Below are positions 51,994-62,345 of a stretch of DNA of 64,000 nucleotides, piece after piece. The notes beneath the pieces are model-generated. The model made no database searches. It was not told the DNA's origin and was given only the letters and a program-made list of their open reading frames with translations. Position 1 is the first letter of the stretch. Each line of letters opens with the position of its first letter. Position numbers and translations under genes: made by a program. The DNA is from an uncultured Bifidobacteriaceae bacterium (GTDB lineage: Bacteria > Verrucomicrobiota > Verrucomicrobiia > Limisphaerales > UBA11358), in the NCBI GenBank assembly GCA_964532525.1, contig CAZHIM010000003.1, positions 4,819 to 68,818 on the forward strand. Reading direction: 5' to 3'.

Positions 51994-54900
51994 TTCCAAT
52001 GCCATTCGCGTTTTCGTTGCCATAACCGCCATGAGTTTTTCCCTGCTCCAGGCGGATGCCGCCATCCGCACCTGGTCCGGAGCGGGAGCTGACGCCAACT
52101 GGGCGACCGCCGCCAACTGGGGCGGCACCGCGCCGGTGAACGCGGACGTCACCCTGTTCAGCGGCACCACGCAGCAGAACAACACCAACAATATTTCCAG
52201 CCTGTCGTTGAACGGGCTGTCGTTCGCGAACGGTGGTTTTACGCTGAACGGGAATTTGCTGTCGTTGAACGGCCCGATCACCAACTCGGGGGGGACAAAC
52301 ATCCTCTGGCAGGGCGTGAACTCCATCGTTTCGAATCCAACATGGAACCTCGCCGCCGGATCCGAATTGCGCATCGCGGGACAGTTCACGAACAACACGC
52401 TCGCCAATCCGCTCGCCACTTTGGGTTCCGGCGGCGCGTTGCGCATCACCAGCACCAACTGTCTGCCGAACCGCTTTTTCACGCTGACCAGCGGCGTGGT
52501 GATCATTGACGGGGGGACGGTTTCCACCGGCGACGGTTTCCGCTTGCAGCCGCCGAGCGGCAGCACCGCCGTTTTTCAATTGACCAACAACGGCAGCTTG
52601 TCGCTGAACGTTGGCGCCAATTTGCGCTTGTGCCAGACAGCCACGGGGGGCTCGAGCCGGGTGGACATGTCGTCCGGCATTTTGAATTTGGATATCACCA
52701 GCGGCGGGGGCGCCGGTGATTTGTATGTCGGCGAAGCGGCGAACACCACCACGGTGTTCAATCAGAATGGCGGCCTGGTGGAATTTACCGGCAACGGGGA
52801 CAACCGGGTGGCGTTTGCGAATGCCTCGGCCAGCGCGAATGGCACTTACAATTTGAACGGCGGCACGTTGTGGACGGCGCAGATCGCGCAGATCACGGCG
52901 GGTTCGCCGGGCGGCACGTTTAACTTCAACGGCGGGACGCTGAAACCTTTGGTGAGTTCCACGACGTTCTTCCAAGGCGTCCAGTCGGCGAATATTTTGA
53001 GCGGCGGCGCGATCATTGACACGACGAACTTAAGTGTCACGATCGGCGAATCGCTGTCGGGTGCGGGCGGGTTGACCGAACTCGGCTCCGGCACGCTGAC
53101 CTTGACCGGCAACAACACTTACACGGGCGTAACGCTGGTCAATGGCGGGACGCTGGTGACCACGGCGGCATCGTTTCTTGGCAACGGCGCGATCACTGTG
53201 GCCAGCAATGCCATCTTGAGCGTGGCCTTCTCCGGCACGCCGCTGGCCGCCTCCGCCCTGAATTTGGGATCGAGCGTCACCAACACCGTCTCGATAAACC
53301 TGGGCAGTTCGCCCTCGCCGGGCGGCAGTCCGGTGTTCGCGGTGACGAGTCTGAACGGCACCGGGACCGCAATCTTCAACATCAGCGGTTCAAGTTTTGT
53401 TCCGGGAACTTATCCGCTGGTTGCCTACGCCAGCGTGACCGGGGCAAGTTCCTTCAAACTGGGCAGCCTGCCGCTGGGGGTGTCGGGCACGCTGACCCTG
53501 TCGGGAAATGCTTTGAATCTGGTGGTGGCCTATGTGCCGAAGAATTTGGCGTGGAGCGGCGCGGTCAACGCCAATTGGGACACCACTTCTCTCGACTGGT
53601 ATGACTTGAACAATGGGAACAACGCGACCAACTACGCGCAGTCCGGCGGCAGCGGAGATGCCGTGACGTTTGATGACAACGGCGCCGCGAATCCCAACGT
53701 CAACATCGGCATCACGGTGACGCCCTCCCAGGTGACGTTCAACAATAACGCGGAGGCTTACGATCTCTCGGGAACTGGCGCCATCAACGGCGGCACCAGT
53801 CTCACGATGAACGGATTCCAATCCGTGACGCTGGGAACGGTCAATGGCTATTCAGGCGGCACGATCTTAAACGCGGGACCGGTTTATGTAGCCGGCAGCC
53901 AGGCGCTGGGCACCGGTCCCGTAACGATGAATCTGGGCGAGTTGGCCAGCGCCAGCACCGCGGCGGAAACCATTCCGAATACCGTGATTCAGAACGCCAC
54001 CAACGGTGTGATTCTGGGCGACACGGTGAACACCGGCACGCTGAATTTGACCGGTGGATTGAATTTGGGCGGCGGCGCGAGGATATTGGATTTCAACAGC
54101 GACGTGGTGGTGAGCGGCGCGCTGACCAACGGCGGCATCGCGACGAAAACCGGGCCGGGCCAGTTGATTGTCACGGGCCAAGGTTCGATCAACGCACAGG
54201 CAACGCAGACCGGAGGCAACACCATTATCAACGGCGGCAAGCTGGTGCAAACCGGCGATGGCTGGCGCATGCAGGACACGGTTCCCGGCACCATCATGGA
54301 CTTTGCGGTGACGAATGGAGGGTCATTCTTCATGACAAACTTGGTGACCGGGAATTTCCGGCTGGGACTCGCCGGCGAAGACACTTCCACCTCCTACATT
54401 TTGGATGTGGCGGGCAGAACCGTGGTCTATGCCGCGGGCAATCCTGCCGGGGTGGGCAACGTGTATCTGGGTATCGCGGCGCAAAAGGCCACGGTCAATT
54501 TATGGCCGGGCGGCACCCTGATTTGCGGGCAGGTGACTTCGGGTGGCACCTCCGATTCGGAAGTGGATTTCTACGGCGGCACGCTCACGCCCACGTTCAG
54601 CAGCACGGCGTTTTTCCAGGGTCTGACCAATGCCTTTGTGCAAAATGGCGGCGTGACGGTGGACACCACCAACCTGAATATCACCATTGCGCAGCCGCTG
54701 CTGGCGGCCGGCAGCGGCGGCTTGACGAAGCTCGGCGCGGGCACCTTGACTTTGACCGGAGCCAACACCTACACGGGCCCGACCATCGTCAATGCCGGCA
54801 AGCTTGTTTTCGGTCCGGCTCACGCCTCGCCCGGCTCAATCACGGTGAATGCCAACTCGATCCTGGCGTTCCTGCAATCCTCGGCTGGCACCGTGAACGT

Positions 54901-56941
54901 GCCGGGGGTGACCATCGGTGGCGGGACAAATTCCGCGCTGGAGGACGACTTTTCGACCACCAACACTCCGGCCGGCATCATCACCAATCTGGTTTTGAAT
55001 GGTTCGGTGGCCGTTAACGCCAGCGGGCCGGTGTCGGTGGGAGAATTTCCGCTCTTTGGCTACGGCACGATCAGCGGGCCGGGTGGATTGACCCTCGGGC
55101 AGTTGCCGCTGGGCACCGTGGCCAGGCTGGTCACCAACACGGCCGCACACACCATTGACCTGTTGGTGACCGGTATCTCCGAAGCCACTTGGGTGGGCAA
55201 CGTCAGCGGCAATTGGGACACGGTGACCACCAACTGGTTGATGAACGGCACGCCGGTGACCTTTGCCACCGCTGCCAACGTGTTGTTCAACGATGCCGCC
55301 AGCAATGCGGCGGTGAACTTGATCAGCAATTTGTATCCGAGCAGTGTGGTGGTGAGCAATTCCGCGTTGAACTATTCGTTCTCCGGTTCCGGCAGCCTGG
55401 CCGGCAACCTGATTTTGACGAAGAGCGGAACGAACAGCCTGGCGATCAACACGGCCAACACTTTCAGCGGCAACGTGACCGTCAGTGGCGGCGATCTCCG
55501 GCTGGGCAACGCCACCGCGCTGGGGGCGGCGGCGAATCCCGTTTACATCACGAATGGCGCGACCCTGGATATCAACGGGAACGGCCTGGGATTGCAGCCG
55601 GTGGTCGTTTCCGGGGCGGGTGTCAACGGCGCGGGTGCGCTGATCAATTCCGGCGCCGATCAGAACAATGCCTGTCGCAACGTGACGTTGACTGCCGATA
55701 CGACCGTCGGCGGCACCGGTTTGATCGGTTTGCGCACCATGGCGGATTCGGATCCGGGACTGGTTTCGAACGGCCATAACTTGATCAAGGTGGGCACCGG
55801 TGAATTCAACCTCAACGGTGGCACCACGGTCGCCGGCTTGACCAATGTCTGGGCCACCGACCTTGGCAACGTGGATGTGAAGCAGGGAATCCTTTCGTTT
55901 GAACGGCGTTGTGCCTTGGGCCTCACCGGTAACACGCTTACGGTTGAGCCCGGCGCCACGCTCCAACTCTACAGTCTCAATCAAACTCTGCCGGTGCCGG
56001 CGAACCATATTGTCATGACCAATGGGACGCTTCAGGGCACCGGTGCCACGGCGGGTGATGTCAACACCTTGGACGGGACGATCACTCTCAACGGCGCCAG
56101 CAATGCGATCCTGTCCTCGGCCAGCACCGTGCTGGACCTCGATGGCCCCGTTGTTGGCACGGGCGGAGTGACGTTCGGAACCGTCACCCTCGCGGGCACG
56201 AACACTTATACGGGGGCGACGACAATCGCCAGCGGCACCCTCACGCTGGCGTCCGGCGCCCTCTTGACCGGCAGCGTCAGTCTCACCCTCGAGACCAACT
56301 GCGTGCTGGATGTTTCGGCCATTTCGCCCTGGACATTGGGCGCCAACCAGACGCTTGGCGGCATCGGCTCGGTGAATGGCAGCGTCACCGCCAATGGCAC
56401 GCTGGCTCCGGGCGACGGCACCGGCACCCTCACGGTCAACGGCAACCTGACTCTGAACGGCAACGTGCTGGTCGAAGTGAACAAGTTGCTCGCACAGTCC
56501 AATGACCTGGTATCGGTGTCCGGCAGTTTGAACAACACCGGTTCGGGCACCTTGCTGGTGACGAATCTCGGTCCGGCGCTGGCCGTTGGCGACACCTTTA
56601 CGCTCTTCAGCCAACCCGTCACAGGTGGCGGCACGATGAGCGTGCTGGGCGGGGGGGCGAATTGGACGAATAACCTCGCTGTGGACGGCAGCATCTCGGT
56701 GTTGTCCATCATCCCGGCGGGCCCGACTCATCCGGAACCGATTACGGTCACCTCCACCAACGGCGGCCTGAAATTGAATTGGCCGACCATCGGCTGGCGC
56801 TTGGAAGTGCAGACCAACACGCTCGCAAAGGGATTGTACACCAACTGGGCAAATTGGACCGGCGCCACCACGACGAATAATGTGAATATCCCGATCAATC
56901 CGACCAACCCGGCGACATTCTTCCGTTTGGTTTATCCGTAA
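51986..56941 (+). CDS. Giant secreted autotransporter-associated beta-strand-repeat protein with a C-terminal FFRL-type domain, 1651 aa
   Basis: ORF 51986..56941(+). Signal MKRSNAIRVFVAITAMSFSLLQADA. TWSGAGADANWATAANWGGTAP. Many units of the type GGTL.L.G.NTYTG.T.VN.G.L. Ends LKLNWPTIGWRLEVQTNTL...ATFFRLVYP. Confidence 0.8.
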   Translation: MKRSNAIRVFVAITAMSFSLLQADAAIRTWSGAGADANWATAANWGGTAPVNADVTLFSGTTQQNNTNNISSLSLNGLSFANGGFTLNGNLLSLNGPITNSGGTNILWQGVNSIVSNPTWNLAAGSELRIAGQFTNNTLANPLATLGSGGALRITSTNCLPNRFFTLTSGVVIIDGGTVSTGDGFRLQPPSGSTAVFQLTNNGSLSLNVGANLRLCQTATGGSSRVDMSSGILNLDITSGGGAGDLYVGEAANTTTVFNQNGGLVEFTGNGDNRVAFANASASANGTYNLNGGTLWTAQIAQITAGSPGGTFNFNGGTLKPLVSSTTFFQGVQSANILSGGAIIDTTNLSVTIGESLSGAGGLTELGSGTLTLTGNNTYTGVTLVNGGTLVTTAASFLGNGAITVASNAILSVAFSGTPLAASALNLGSSVTNTVSINLGSSPSPGGSPVFAVTSLNGTGTAIFNISGSSFVPGTYPLVAYASVTGASSFKLGSLPLGVSGTLTLSGNALNLVVAYVPKNLAWSGAVNANWDTTSLDWYDLNNGNNATNYAQSGGSGDAVTFDDNGAANPNVNIGITVTPSQVTFNNNAEAYDLSGTGAINGGTSLTMNGFQSVTLGTVNGYSGGTILNAGPVYVAGSQALGTGPVTMNLGELASASTAAETIPNTVIQNATNGVILGDTVNTGTLNLTGGLNLGGGARILDFNSDVVVSGALTNGGIATKTGPGQLIVTGQGSINAQATQTGGNTIINGGKLVQTGDGWRMQDTVPGTIMDFAVTNGGSFFMTNLVTGNFRLGLAGEDTSTSYILDVAGRTVVYAAGNPAGVGNVYLGIAAQKATVNLWPGGTLICGQVTSGGTSDSEVDFYGGTLTPTFSSTAFFQGLTNAFVQNGGVTVDTTNLNITIAQPLLAAGSGGLTKLGAGTLTLTGANTYTGPTIVNAGKLVFGPAHASPGSITVNANSILAFLQSSAGTVNVPGVTIGGGTNSALEDDFSTTNTPAGIITNLVLNGSVAVNASGPVSVGEFPLFGYGTISGPGGLTLGQLPLGTVARLVTNTAAHTIDLLVTGISEATWVGNVSGNWDTVTTNWLMNGTPVTFATAANVLFNDAASNAAVNLISNLYPSSVVVSNSALNYSFSGSGSLAGNLILTKSGTNSLAINTANTFSGNVTVSGGDLRLGNATALGAAANPVYITNGATLDINGNGLGLQPVVVSGAGVNGAGALINSGADQNNACRNVTLTADTTVGGTGLIGLRTMADSDPGLVSNGHNLIKVGTGEFNLNGGTTVAGLTNVWATDLGNVDVKQGILSFERRCALGLTGNTLTVEPGATLQLYSLNQTLPVPANHIVMTNGTLQGTGATAGDVNTLDGTITLNGASNAILSSASTVLDLDGPVVGTGGVTFGTVTLAGTNTYTGATTIASGTLTLASGALLTGSVSLTLETNCVLDVSAISPWTLGANQTLGGIGSVNGSVTANGTLAPGDGTGTLTVNGNLTLNGNVLVEVNKLLAQSNDLVSVSGSLNNTGSGTLLVTNLGPALAVGDTFTLFSQPVTGGGTMSVLGGGANWTNNLAVDGSISVLSIIPAGPTHPEPITVTSTNGGLKLNWPTIGWRLEVQTNTLAKGLYTNWANWTGATTTNNVNIPINPTNPATFFRLVYP

Positions 56942-56970
56942 CCTCGAGCTTTGGGCAACGGGTTGGTTGA

Positions 56971-57002
56971 AACGCGCAGCCGGCACCGGCTGCGCGTTTT
57001 TT
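56971..57002 (+). terminator. Rho-independent terminator between the convergent genes 51986..56941(+) and 57081..57704(-)
   Basis: CGCGCAGCCG (56973-56982) pairs perfectly with CGGCTGCGCG (56987-56996) around the loop GCAC, and is followed by TTTTTT (56997-57002). It is preceded by AA, so it may act partly in both directions. Confidence 0.8.
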
Positions 57003-57080
57003 GGGTGAACGGATTCCCCGCCACTGAAAAAAGAGTGGATCGAAGCGGCTCGGTTCCGGCCGGCGCGCGCGCGCGGCGGG

Positions 57081-57704
57081 TCATTTCAAGTATTTGACAA
57101 TGGCTTCGGAACGAGAACGGACGTGGAGCTTTTCGTAGATGTGGTGCAAATGCGTTCGCACGGTGGGCACGCTGATCTGCAATTTATCGGCCAATTCCTT
57201 GTTGGCGAAACCTTGGGAGAGAAATGTCAGTATCTCCTTTTCCCGATCGGTCAAGGCCGTGGTGTCAAGCCCCTTGGGCGCCGGCTCATGAAACGAGCGC
57301 ACGACTTGGTAAGCCACCTGGCTGCTCATGGGCGCGCCGCCTTCGCAGGCATTCCGGATCGCCTCGAGGACCTCGTCGGGTTCCGCTCGTTTCAACAGAT
57401 ATCCGCTGGCACCAGCCTTCAAGGCACGGAATATATGTTCGCTGTCCTCATAAACGGTCAGCACGATGATTTGGGTTGCGGGCAGAAGTTCCTTCAACCG
57501 GAGAATGCATTCCGTGCCGGGCATTTGCGGAAGATTCAAGTCCATGAGCACGACTTGCGGCTGGAGTGACGGGAGCTTTTGCAATGCTTCTTCGCCCGTG
57601 GCGCAGGCCGCCAGACATTGCATGTTTTTGGTGTTGCCAACCAGCCGGGCGAGGGATTTGCGCAGGACGGCATCATCTTCGACGATTCCAACGGTCACGT
57701 TCAT
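57081..57704 (-). CDS. Response regulator, NarL/LuxR family (REC plus HTH)
   Basis: ORF 57081..57704(-). VGIVEDDAVLRKSL...VVLMDLNLPQMPG (REC). LTDREKEILTFLSQGFANKELADKLQISVPTVRTHLHHIYEKL (LuxR HTH). Confidence 0.9.
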   Translation of the reverse strand: MNVTVGIVEDDAVLRKSLARLVGNTKNMQCLAACATGEEALQKLPSLQPQVVLMDLNLPQMPGTECILRLKELLPATQIIVLTVYEDSEHIFRALKAGASGYLLKRAEPDEVLEAIRNACEGGAPMSSQVAYQVVRSFHEPAPKGLDTTALTDREKEILTFLSQGFANKELADKLQISVPTVRTHLHHIYEKLHVRSRSEAIVKYLK

Positions 57705-57804
57705 GGCAGGCAGGTTGGCGTTTCAATGAATCCATGCCGCGTCGTTTGCAAAGCATGGTGCAGGGACCGGACGGCAAATGTTGCGGTGCCAAGGCTGATT
57801 TTGC

Positions 57805-59544
57805 CTAGTCATCAGAATACGCAGTTCGCCTTTCGTCGCCGTGCCCCTTGATGGTTGGACGCACATGCGGAAGGGTGTCGAACGGGATGATATTGCAACG
57901 TTTGGCCCAGGCATCATATAAATCAGACAGCTCTTTTACCTTCTCCGGGTGTGTGGCTGCAAGATTGTTTTGTTCGGTGCGGTCGGCTTCCGTGTCATAG
58001 AGTTCCCACGGCTGTCTGTTGCGCGCGACCAGTTTCCACTCCTGTAGTCGCACAGCGCGGTTGCCTTCATGCTCCCAGAAAGTGGGGGTGGTATCCGGGC
58101 GGGTCATTCCTTTGAAAATCGGGAGCAGGCTTCTGCCCTCAAGGGGCAGGATGGCGTGGCCGGCGTAATGATCCGGGTGTTTTGTTCGGGCAACCTCCAC
58201 CAGGGTGGGCAGGATATCGGTGACATGGGCGAACTGCGCGGACAGTGTGCCGGGATTTTGAATGACGGCCGGCCAATGCACAATAAACGGCGATGCGATG
58301 CCGCCTTCATGCGTGAAGTGCTTGTAGAGCAGGAAGGGCGTGTCGCTCACATTGGCCCAAGGCACACCGTAGCTTTGCCAGACATCCTCCGGCCCGGCGA
58401 AGGCCTTGCTGTTGCCAACTTGAATCTTTCGGCCGTCACGGGTCCGGCTGGGGACATCGTACCACGCCGGTTGAATGACTTCAGCACATCCGCCATTGTC
58501 AGAAAAGAAGATCACCAGCGTGTTTTTCTCGATGCCCCGGTTTTTGAGGGCCTCCAGGACTTTACCCACGCCGCGGTCGAGATGCTCCACCATGGCGGCA
58601 TAGGTGGCCATCCGGTTTGCCTCCCAATTTTTGTTGTGCGCTTCCTCCCATGGCGGCACCCGCGGGTCGCGCGGCGATAACGGCCAGTTTTTGTCAATGA
58701 TTCCCATCGCAATCTGGCGTTGATAACGGTTGGTTCGTGTGACATCCCAGCCGGCGCGATAAATCCGGCGGTATTTGGCAATGTCCTCCTCCGGCGCCTG
58801 CAACGGCCAATGCGGCGCGGTGTAGGCCAAATAGAGAAAGAACGGCTTGGCGCCTCCGGCCAGACGATTGATGCCGGCGACGGCCTTTTCTGTGAGGACA
58901 TCGGTGTAATAAAAATTGGTGCCTGCCGGGCTGACCGGCGTGTTGCCGCATACCAGCGAGAACGGGTCGTAGTAACTGGTCACGCCGTGGATGGTGCCGA
59001 AGTAATCGTCAAAGCCGCGCTGAAGCGGCCAGCTATTTTTATCATCCCAAAACGGCTCGTCAGACTCGTGATTTAATTGCTTTTTGCCGTCGAAATAGAT
59101 GTGGGACAGGTGCCACTTGCCAACCATGGATGTGTGATAGTTTGCCAGGCGCAATTCTTCCGCAATCGTGAGGCAGTGTTGATTCAGCTCGCCGCGGTAG
59201 CCGGGAAGCCCTTGATCTTCCATCATGTTGCCGATGCCAGCCTGCTGCGGGTACAGTCCGGTGAGGAGCGCTGCCCGGGACGGACAGCAGCGCGGCGTGG
59301 TGTAGAATTGTGTCAGCCGCAGGCCTTCAGATGCCAGGTGATCGAGGTTGGGAGTCGAGATTTCCGAGCCAAAACAGCCCACGTCTGAGAAACCAAGGTC
59401 ATCCGCCAATATCAAAACGATGTTCGGAAGCGGATTCGTGTCCGCCGCCTGGCATTTCACGGCCAGCGGGCTCAAGCAGAACAATACCAAAAAACATTTT
59501 CCAAGGAACCCAATACCAGCCAAGGGCTTGCAAATCATAGACAT
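57805..59544 (-). CDS. Sulfatase (Cys-type), secreted, ~579 aa
   Basis: ORF 57805..59622(-), start trimmed to ATG 59544 (MSMICKPLAGIGFLGKCFLVLFCLSPLAVKCQA). PNIVLILADDLGFSDVGCFGSEISTPNLDHLA. TTPRCCPSRAALLTGLY (CxPxR). Confidence 0.88.
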   Translation of the reverse strand: MSMICKPLAGIGFLGKCFLVLFCLSPLAVKCQAADTNPLPNIVLILADDLGFSDVGCFGSEISTPNLDHLASEGLRLTQFYTTPRCCPSRAALLTGLYPQQAGIGNMMEDQGLPGYRGELNQHCLTIAEELRLANYHTSMVGKWHLSHIYFDGKKQLNHESDEPFWDDKNSWPLQRGFDDYFGTIHGVTSYYDPFSLVCGNTPVSPAGTNFYYTDVLTEKAVAGINRLAGGAKPFFLYLAYTAPHWPLQAPEEDIAKYRRIYRAGWDVTRTNRYQRQIAMGIIDKNWPLSPRDPRVPPWEEAHNKNWEANRMATYAAMVEHLDRGVGKVLEALKNRGIEKNTLVIFFSDNGGCAEVIQPAWYDVPSRTRDGRKIQVGNSKAFAGPEDVWQSYGVPWANVSDTPFLLYKHFTHEGGIASPFIVHWPAVIQNPGTLSAQFAHVTDILPTLVEVARTKHPDHYAGHAILPLEGRSLLPIFKGMTRPDTTPTFWEHEGNRAVRLQEWKLVARNRQPWELYDTEADRTEQNNLAATHPEKVKELSDLYDAWAKRCNIIPFDTLPHVRPTIKGHGDERRTAYSDD

Positions 59545-59737
59545 CGAATCAAAGCGGTGTGGCATCAGAGTAAAATGCACGTTGCCGCGCAGCAATCGTC
59601 CAAACCGATGATGGAAGCCCACTCAACGAAATCAAAATTTGGGCGTGCACTTTGCTCCGACCGGTATCATCCTCATGGACGATATGATTAGATTTCGATC
59701 CGGGCATAATGTGTTTATGCCTCTGCGTTCCACAAAT

Positions 59738-62323
59738 ATGATTTTTAGAAGCCGCTTAAACCGCCGGGCCGTTGTCGTAGTCGGTGCCATGCTGCTTTCG
59801 GTCTTGACCGCGCTGGGCGCTGAAACCTTCCGCCCGCCGGCGGTTCCGTTGGTGGCCTGCGACCCGTATTTCAGCCTCTGGTCGGCGGCGGACAAATTGA
59901 CCGACGCCGACACAACGCACTGGACCGGCAAGGCCCGCCAGTTGACCGGGCTGGTGAAGATTGACGGGAAGAATTTTCGGGTCATGGGCGTGGAGCCGGC
60001 GAACGTCCCGGCCTTGCCCCAGACCAAGCTGGACGTCCTGCCCACACGGACGATCTATGCCTTTGAGACCAACGGCGTGCGCCTCACGCTCACCTTCATG
60101 ACCCCGATGTTGCCGGATGATTTGGATGTGCTGTCCCGTCCCGTCACTTACCTGACCTGGGAAGCTCGTTCAACGGACGGCAAAGACCACCGGGTTTCCG
60201 CTTATTTGGACGCACGGGGGGCGATGGCCTGTAATACACCCGACCAGGCCGTCAATTTCGAACCGGCTGACTCGGCAAAAATCAAAGCTTGGCGCGTCGG
60301 CACGGTGGAACAACCCATCCTGCAAAAACGCGGCGACGACCTGCGGATTGATTGGGGGTATTTCTACCTGGCCCTGGCGGAAGCGGCGAACGGGCAATTG
60401 ACGGCCAACACCGCCGACGCAACCCGGGCCGCGTTTTTGGGCGATGGCCCGCTGCCCGCTCCCGCCGCGGCGGCAGTGCTGCAGAACAACGGCCGCAACG
60501 ATACCGTAATCGCTTGCACTTTGAAATTGGATGCGTTGGGCGGATTGGCTGGATCGAACTGGTTGATGCTCGCCTACGACGACTTGTATTCCATTCAGTA
60601 TATGCGGAAGAACCTGCGGCCGTATTGGCGCCGCCAGGGCTGGGAGGCGGCCGATCTGTTAAGGGCATCGGCGCAGGATTACAGCTCTCTGCAAAACCGC
60701 TGCGCGTCATTTGATGAAGAATTGCTGACGGATCTGCGGAAGGCCGGCGGCGAAAATTATGCGCTGCTGGGCGCGCTCTCCTATCGCCAGTGTTTCGCGG
60801 CCGGAAAGATCGTGGCGGATGCCAACGGCCGGCCGCTCCAGTTCTGCAAGGAAAATCATTCCAACGGGTGCATTGGCACGTCGGATGTATTTTACCCGTC
60901 CTCGCCGCAGTTTCTATTGTTCAACCCCACGCTGGCGAAGGCGTTTATGGTGCCCTTCATGAATTACGCGGCGAGCGACCGCTGGAAGTTTCCTTTTGCC
61001 CCGCACGACTTGGGGACTTATCCCAAGGCCAACGGCCAAGTCTATGGTGACGGGGAGCACGGCATCAACAACCAGATGCCGGTGGAGGAATCGGGGAATT
61101 TGTTATGCCTGTTTGCCGCCGTCGCGAACGTGGACGGTAACGCGGATTTTGCGGGTTTATATTGGAAACAGCTTGAGCAGTGGGCGAATTACCTGAAGGA
61201 AAAGGGCTTTGACCCGGAAAACCAGCTTTGCACGGATGACTTCGCCGGACACCTTGCGCACAACGTCAATTTGAGCGCAAAAGCGATTTGCGGGCTCGGT
61301 TCGTTTGCCAAGTTGTGCGAAATGCGTGGCGACCAGGCAAAAGCCGAGGAATACCACCAACTCGCTGCGGGCTTCGCCCTGCGCTGGGTGAAAGAGGCCG
61401 AGGATGGCGACCATTACCGGCTGGCGTTCGACAAGCCCGGCTCATGGAGCCAGAAATACAATCTGGTCTGGGACCGGGTTCTCGGTTTGAACTTGTTTCC
61501 GCCCAGTGTCACGCGCAAGGAAATGGACTTTTACAAGAAGACACAAAACGAGTTTGGCCTGCCGCTCGACAATCGCAAAGACTACACCAAACTCGACTGG
61601 ATCACCTGGACGGCATCGCTTACGGACAATCGCGAGGATTTTGAGTCGCTGGTCGCGCCGGTGGTTCATTTCATCGATCAGACGCCGGATCGCTCGCCGC
61701 TGACGGACTGGTACCAGACCAAGACCGCCAGGAAAGTCGGATTTACCGCGCGGTCGGTCGTGGGCGGCGTGTTTATGCGGATGCTTTACGATCAACAGGT
61801 CTGGCAGAAATATGCGAAACGCGACAAAACCAAGGCGGCGGGTTGGGCTCCCATGCCCAAACCTCCGGGCTTTGTGCCGGTGGTGGCGGCGGCGGATACG
61901 AAACCCGCGGTTTGGAGCTATACCACCACCCGGCCGGCGGACAACTGGTATGCCGTGACGTTCGCTGCGTCAAACTGGCAGGTGGGACAGGGTGGCTTCG
62001 GCAGAACCCAGAATTCCACCGCTGTGGTCAACACCGTCTGGACCACGGACGACATCTGGCTCCGCCGCGAAGTTGAGTTAAACGGAAGCGCGTGGGATGA
62101 GCTGCTTGGCTGGATGAATCATGACGATGACGCGGAAGTCTATATTAACGGAGTATTGGCCATCAGCGCCCAGGGGGCCACTTCCACCTATGAAGATTTC
62201 TCGTTTTCTCCCCGCGGACGCCGGGCCATCAAACCGGGCAAAAATCTGATCGCCATCCATTGCCGGAACACCGGCGGTGAGCAATACATTGATTTTGGAG
62301 TCGTCAGATCCAAGGCTAACTGA
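59738..62323 (+). CDS. Glutaminase-A-like glycoside-hydrolase-fold protein (DUF5127/DUF4965/DUF1793-type architecture) with a C-terminal galactose-binding-like domain, ~861 aa
   Basis: ORF 59639..62323(+), start trimmed to ATG 59738 (MIFRSRLNRRAVVVVGAMLLSVLTALGA). FRPPAVPLVACDPYFSLWSAADKLTDADTTHWTGK...GLVKIDGKNFRVMG is the characteristic N-terminus of this family. C-terminal ...WLRREVEL...DDDAEVYINGVLA. Confidence 0.65.
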   Translation: MIFRSRLNRRAVVVVGAMLLSVLTALGAETFRPPAVPLVACDPYFSLWSAADKLTDADTTHWTGKARQLTGLVKIDGKNFRVMGVEPANVPALPQTKLDVLPTRTIYAFETNGVRLTLTFMTPMLPDDLDVLSRPVTYLTWEARSTDGKDHRVSAYLDARGAMACNTPDQAVNFEPADSAKIKAWRVGTVEQPILQKRGDDLRIDWGYFYLALAEAANGQLTANTADATRAAFLGDGPLPAPAAAAVLQNNGRNDTVIACTLKLDALGGLAGSNWLMLAYDDLYSIQYMRKNLRPYWRRQGWEAADLLRASAQDYSSLQNRCASFDEELLTDLRKAGGENYALLGALSYRQCFAAGKIVADANGRPLQFCKENHSNGCIGTSDVFYPSSPQFLLFNPTLAKAFMVPFMNYAASDRWKFPFAPHDLGTYPKANGQVYGDGEHGINNQMPVEESGNLLCLFAAVANVDGNADFAGLYWKQLEQWANYLKEKGFDPENQLCTDDFAGHLAHNVNLSAKAICGLGSFAKLCEMRGDQAKAEEYHQLAAGFALRWVKEAEDGDHYRLAFDKPGSWSQKYNLVWDRVLGLNLFPPSVTRKEMDFYKKTQNEFGLPLDNRKDYTKLDWITWTASLTDNREDFESLVAPVVHFIDQTPDRSPLTDWYQTKTARKVGFTARSVVGGVFMRMLYDQQVWQKYAKRDKTKAAGWAPMPKPPGFVPVVAAADTKPAVWSYTTTRPADNWYAVTFAASNWQVGQGGFGRTQNSTAVVNTVWTTDDIWLRREVELNGSAWDELLGWMNHDDDAEVYINGVLAISAQGATSTYEDFSFSPRGRRAIKPGKNLIAIHCRNTGGEQYIDFGVVRSKAN

Positions 62324-62345
62324 GACCTGCCCCAAATCAGGCAAC

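Noticed and set aside
54836-56986. 716-aa minus-strand ORF. Similar long antisense ORFs occur at 47359..48315, 51965..52975, 15320..16216, 18319..19236, 11176..12129 and 13997..14743.
   Set aside because: All are antisense to confidently assigned genes. All show the Arg/Gly/Asp/His-rich composition expected from reverse frames of GC-rich coding DNA.
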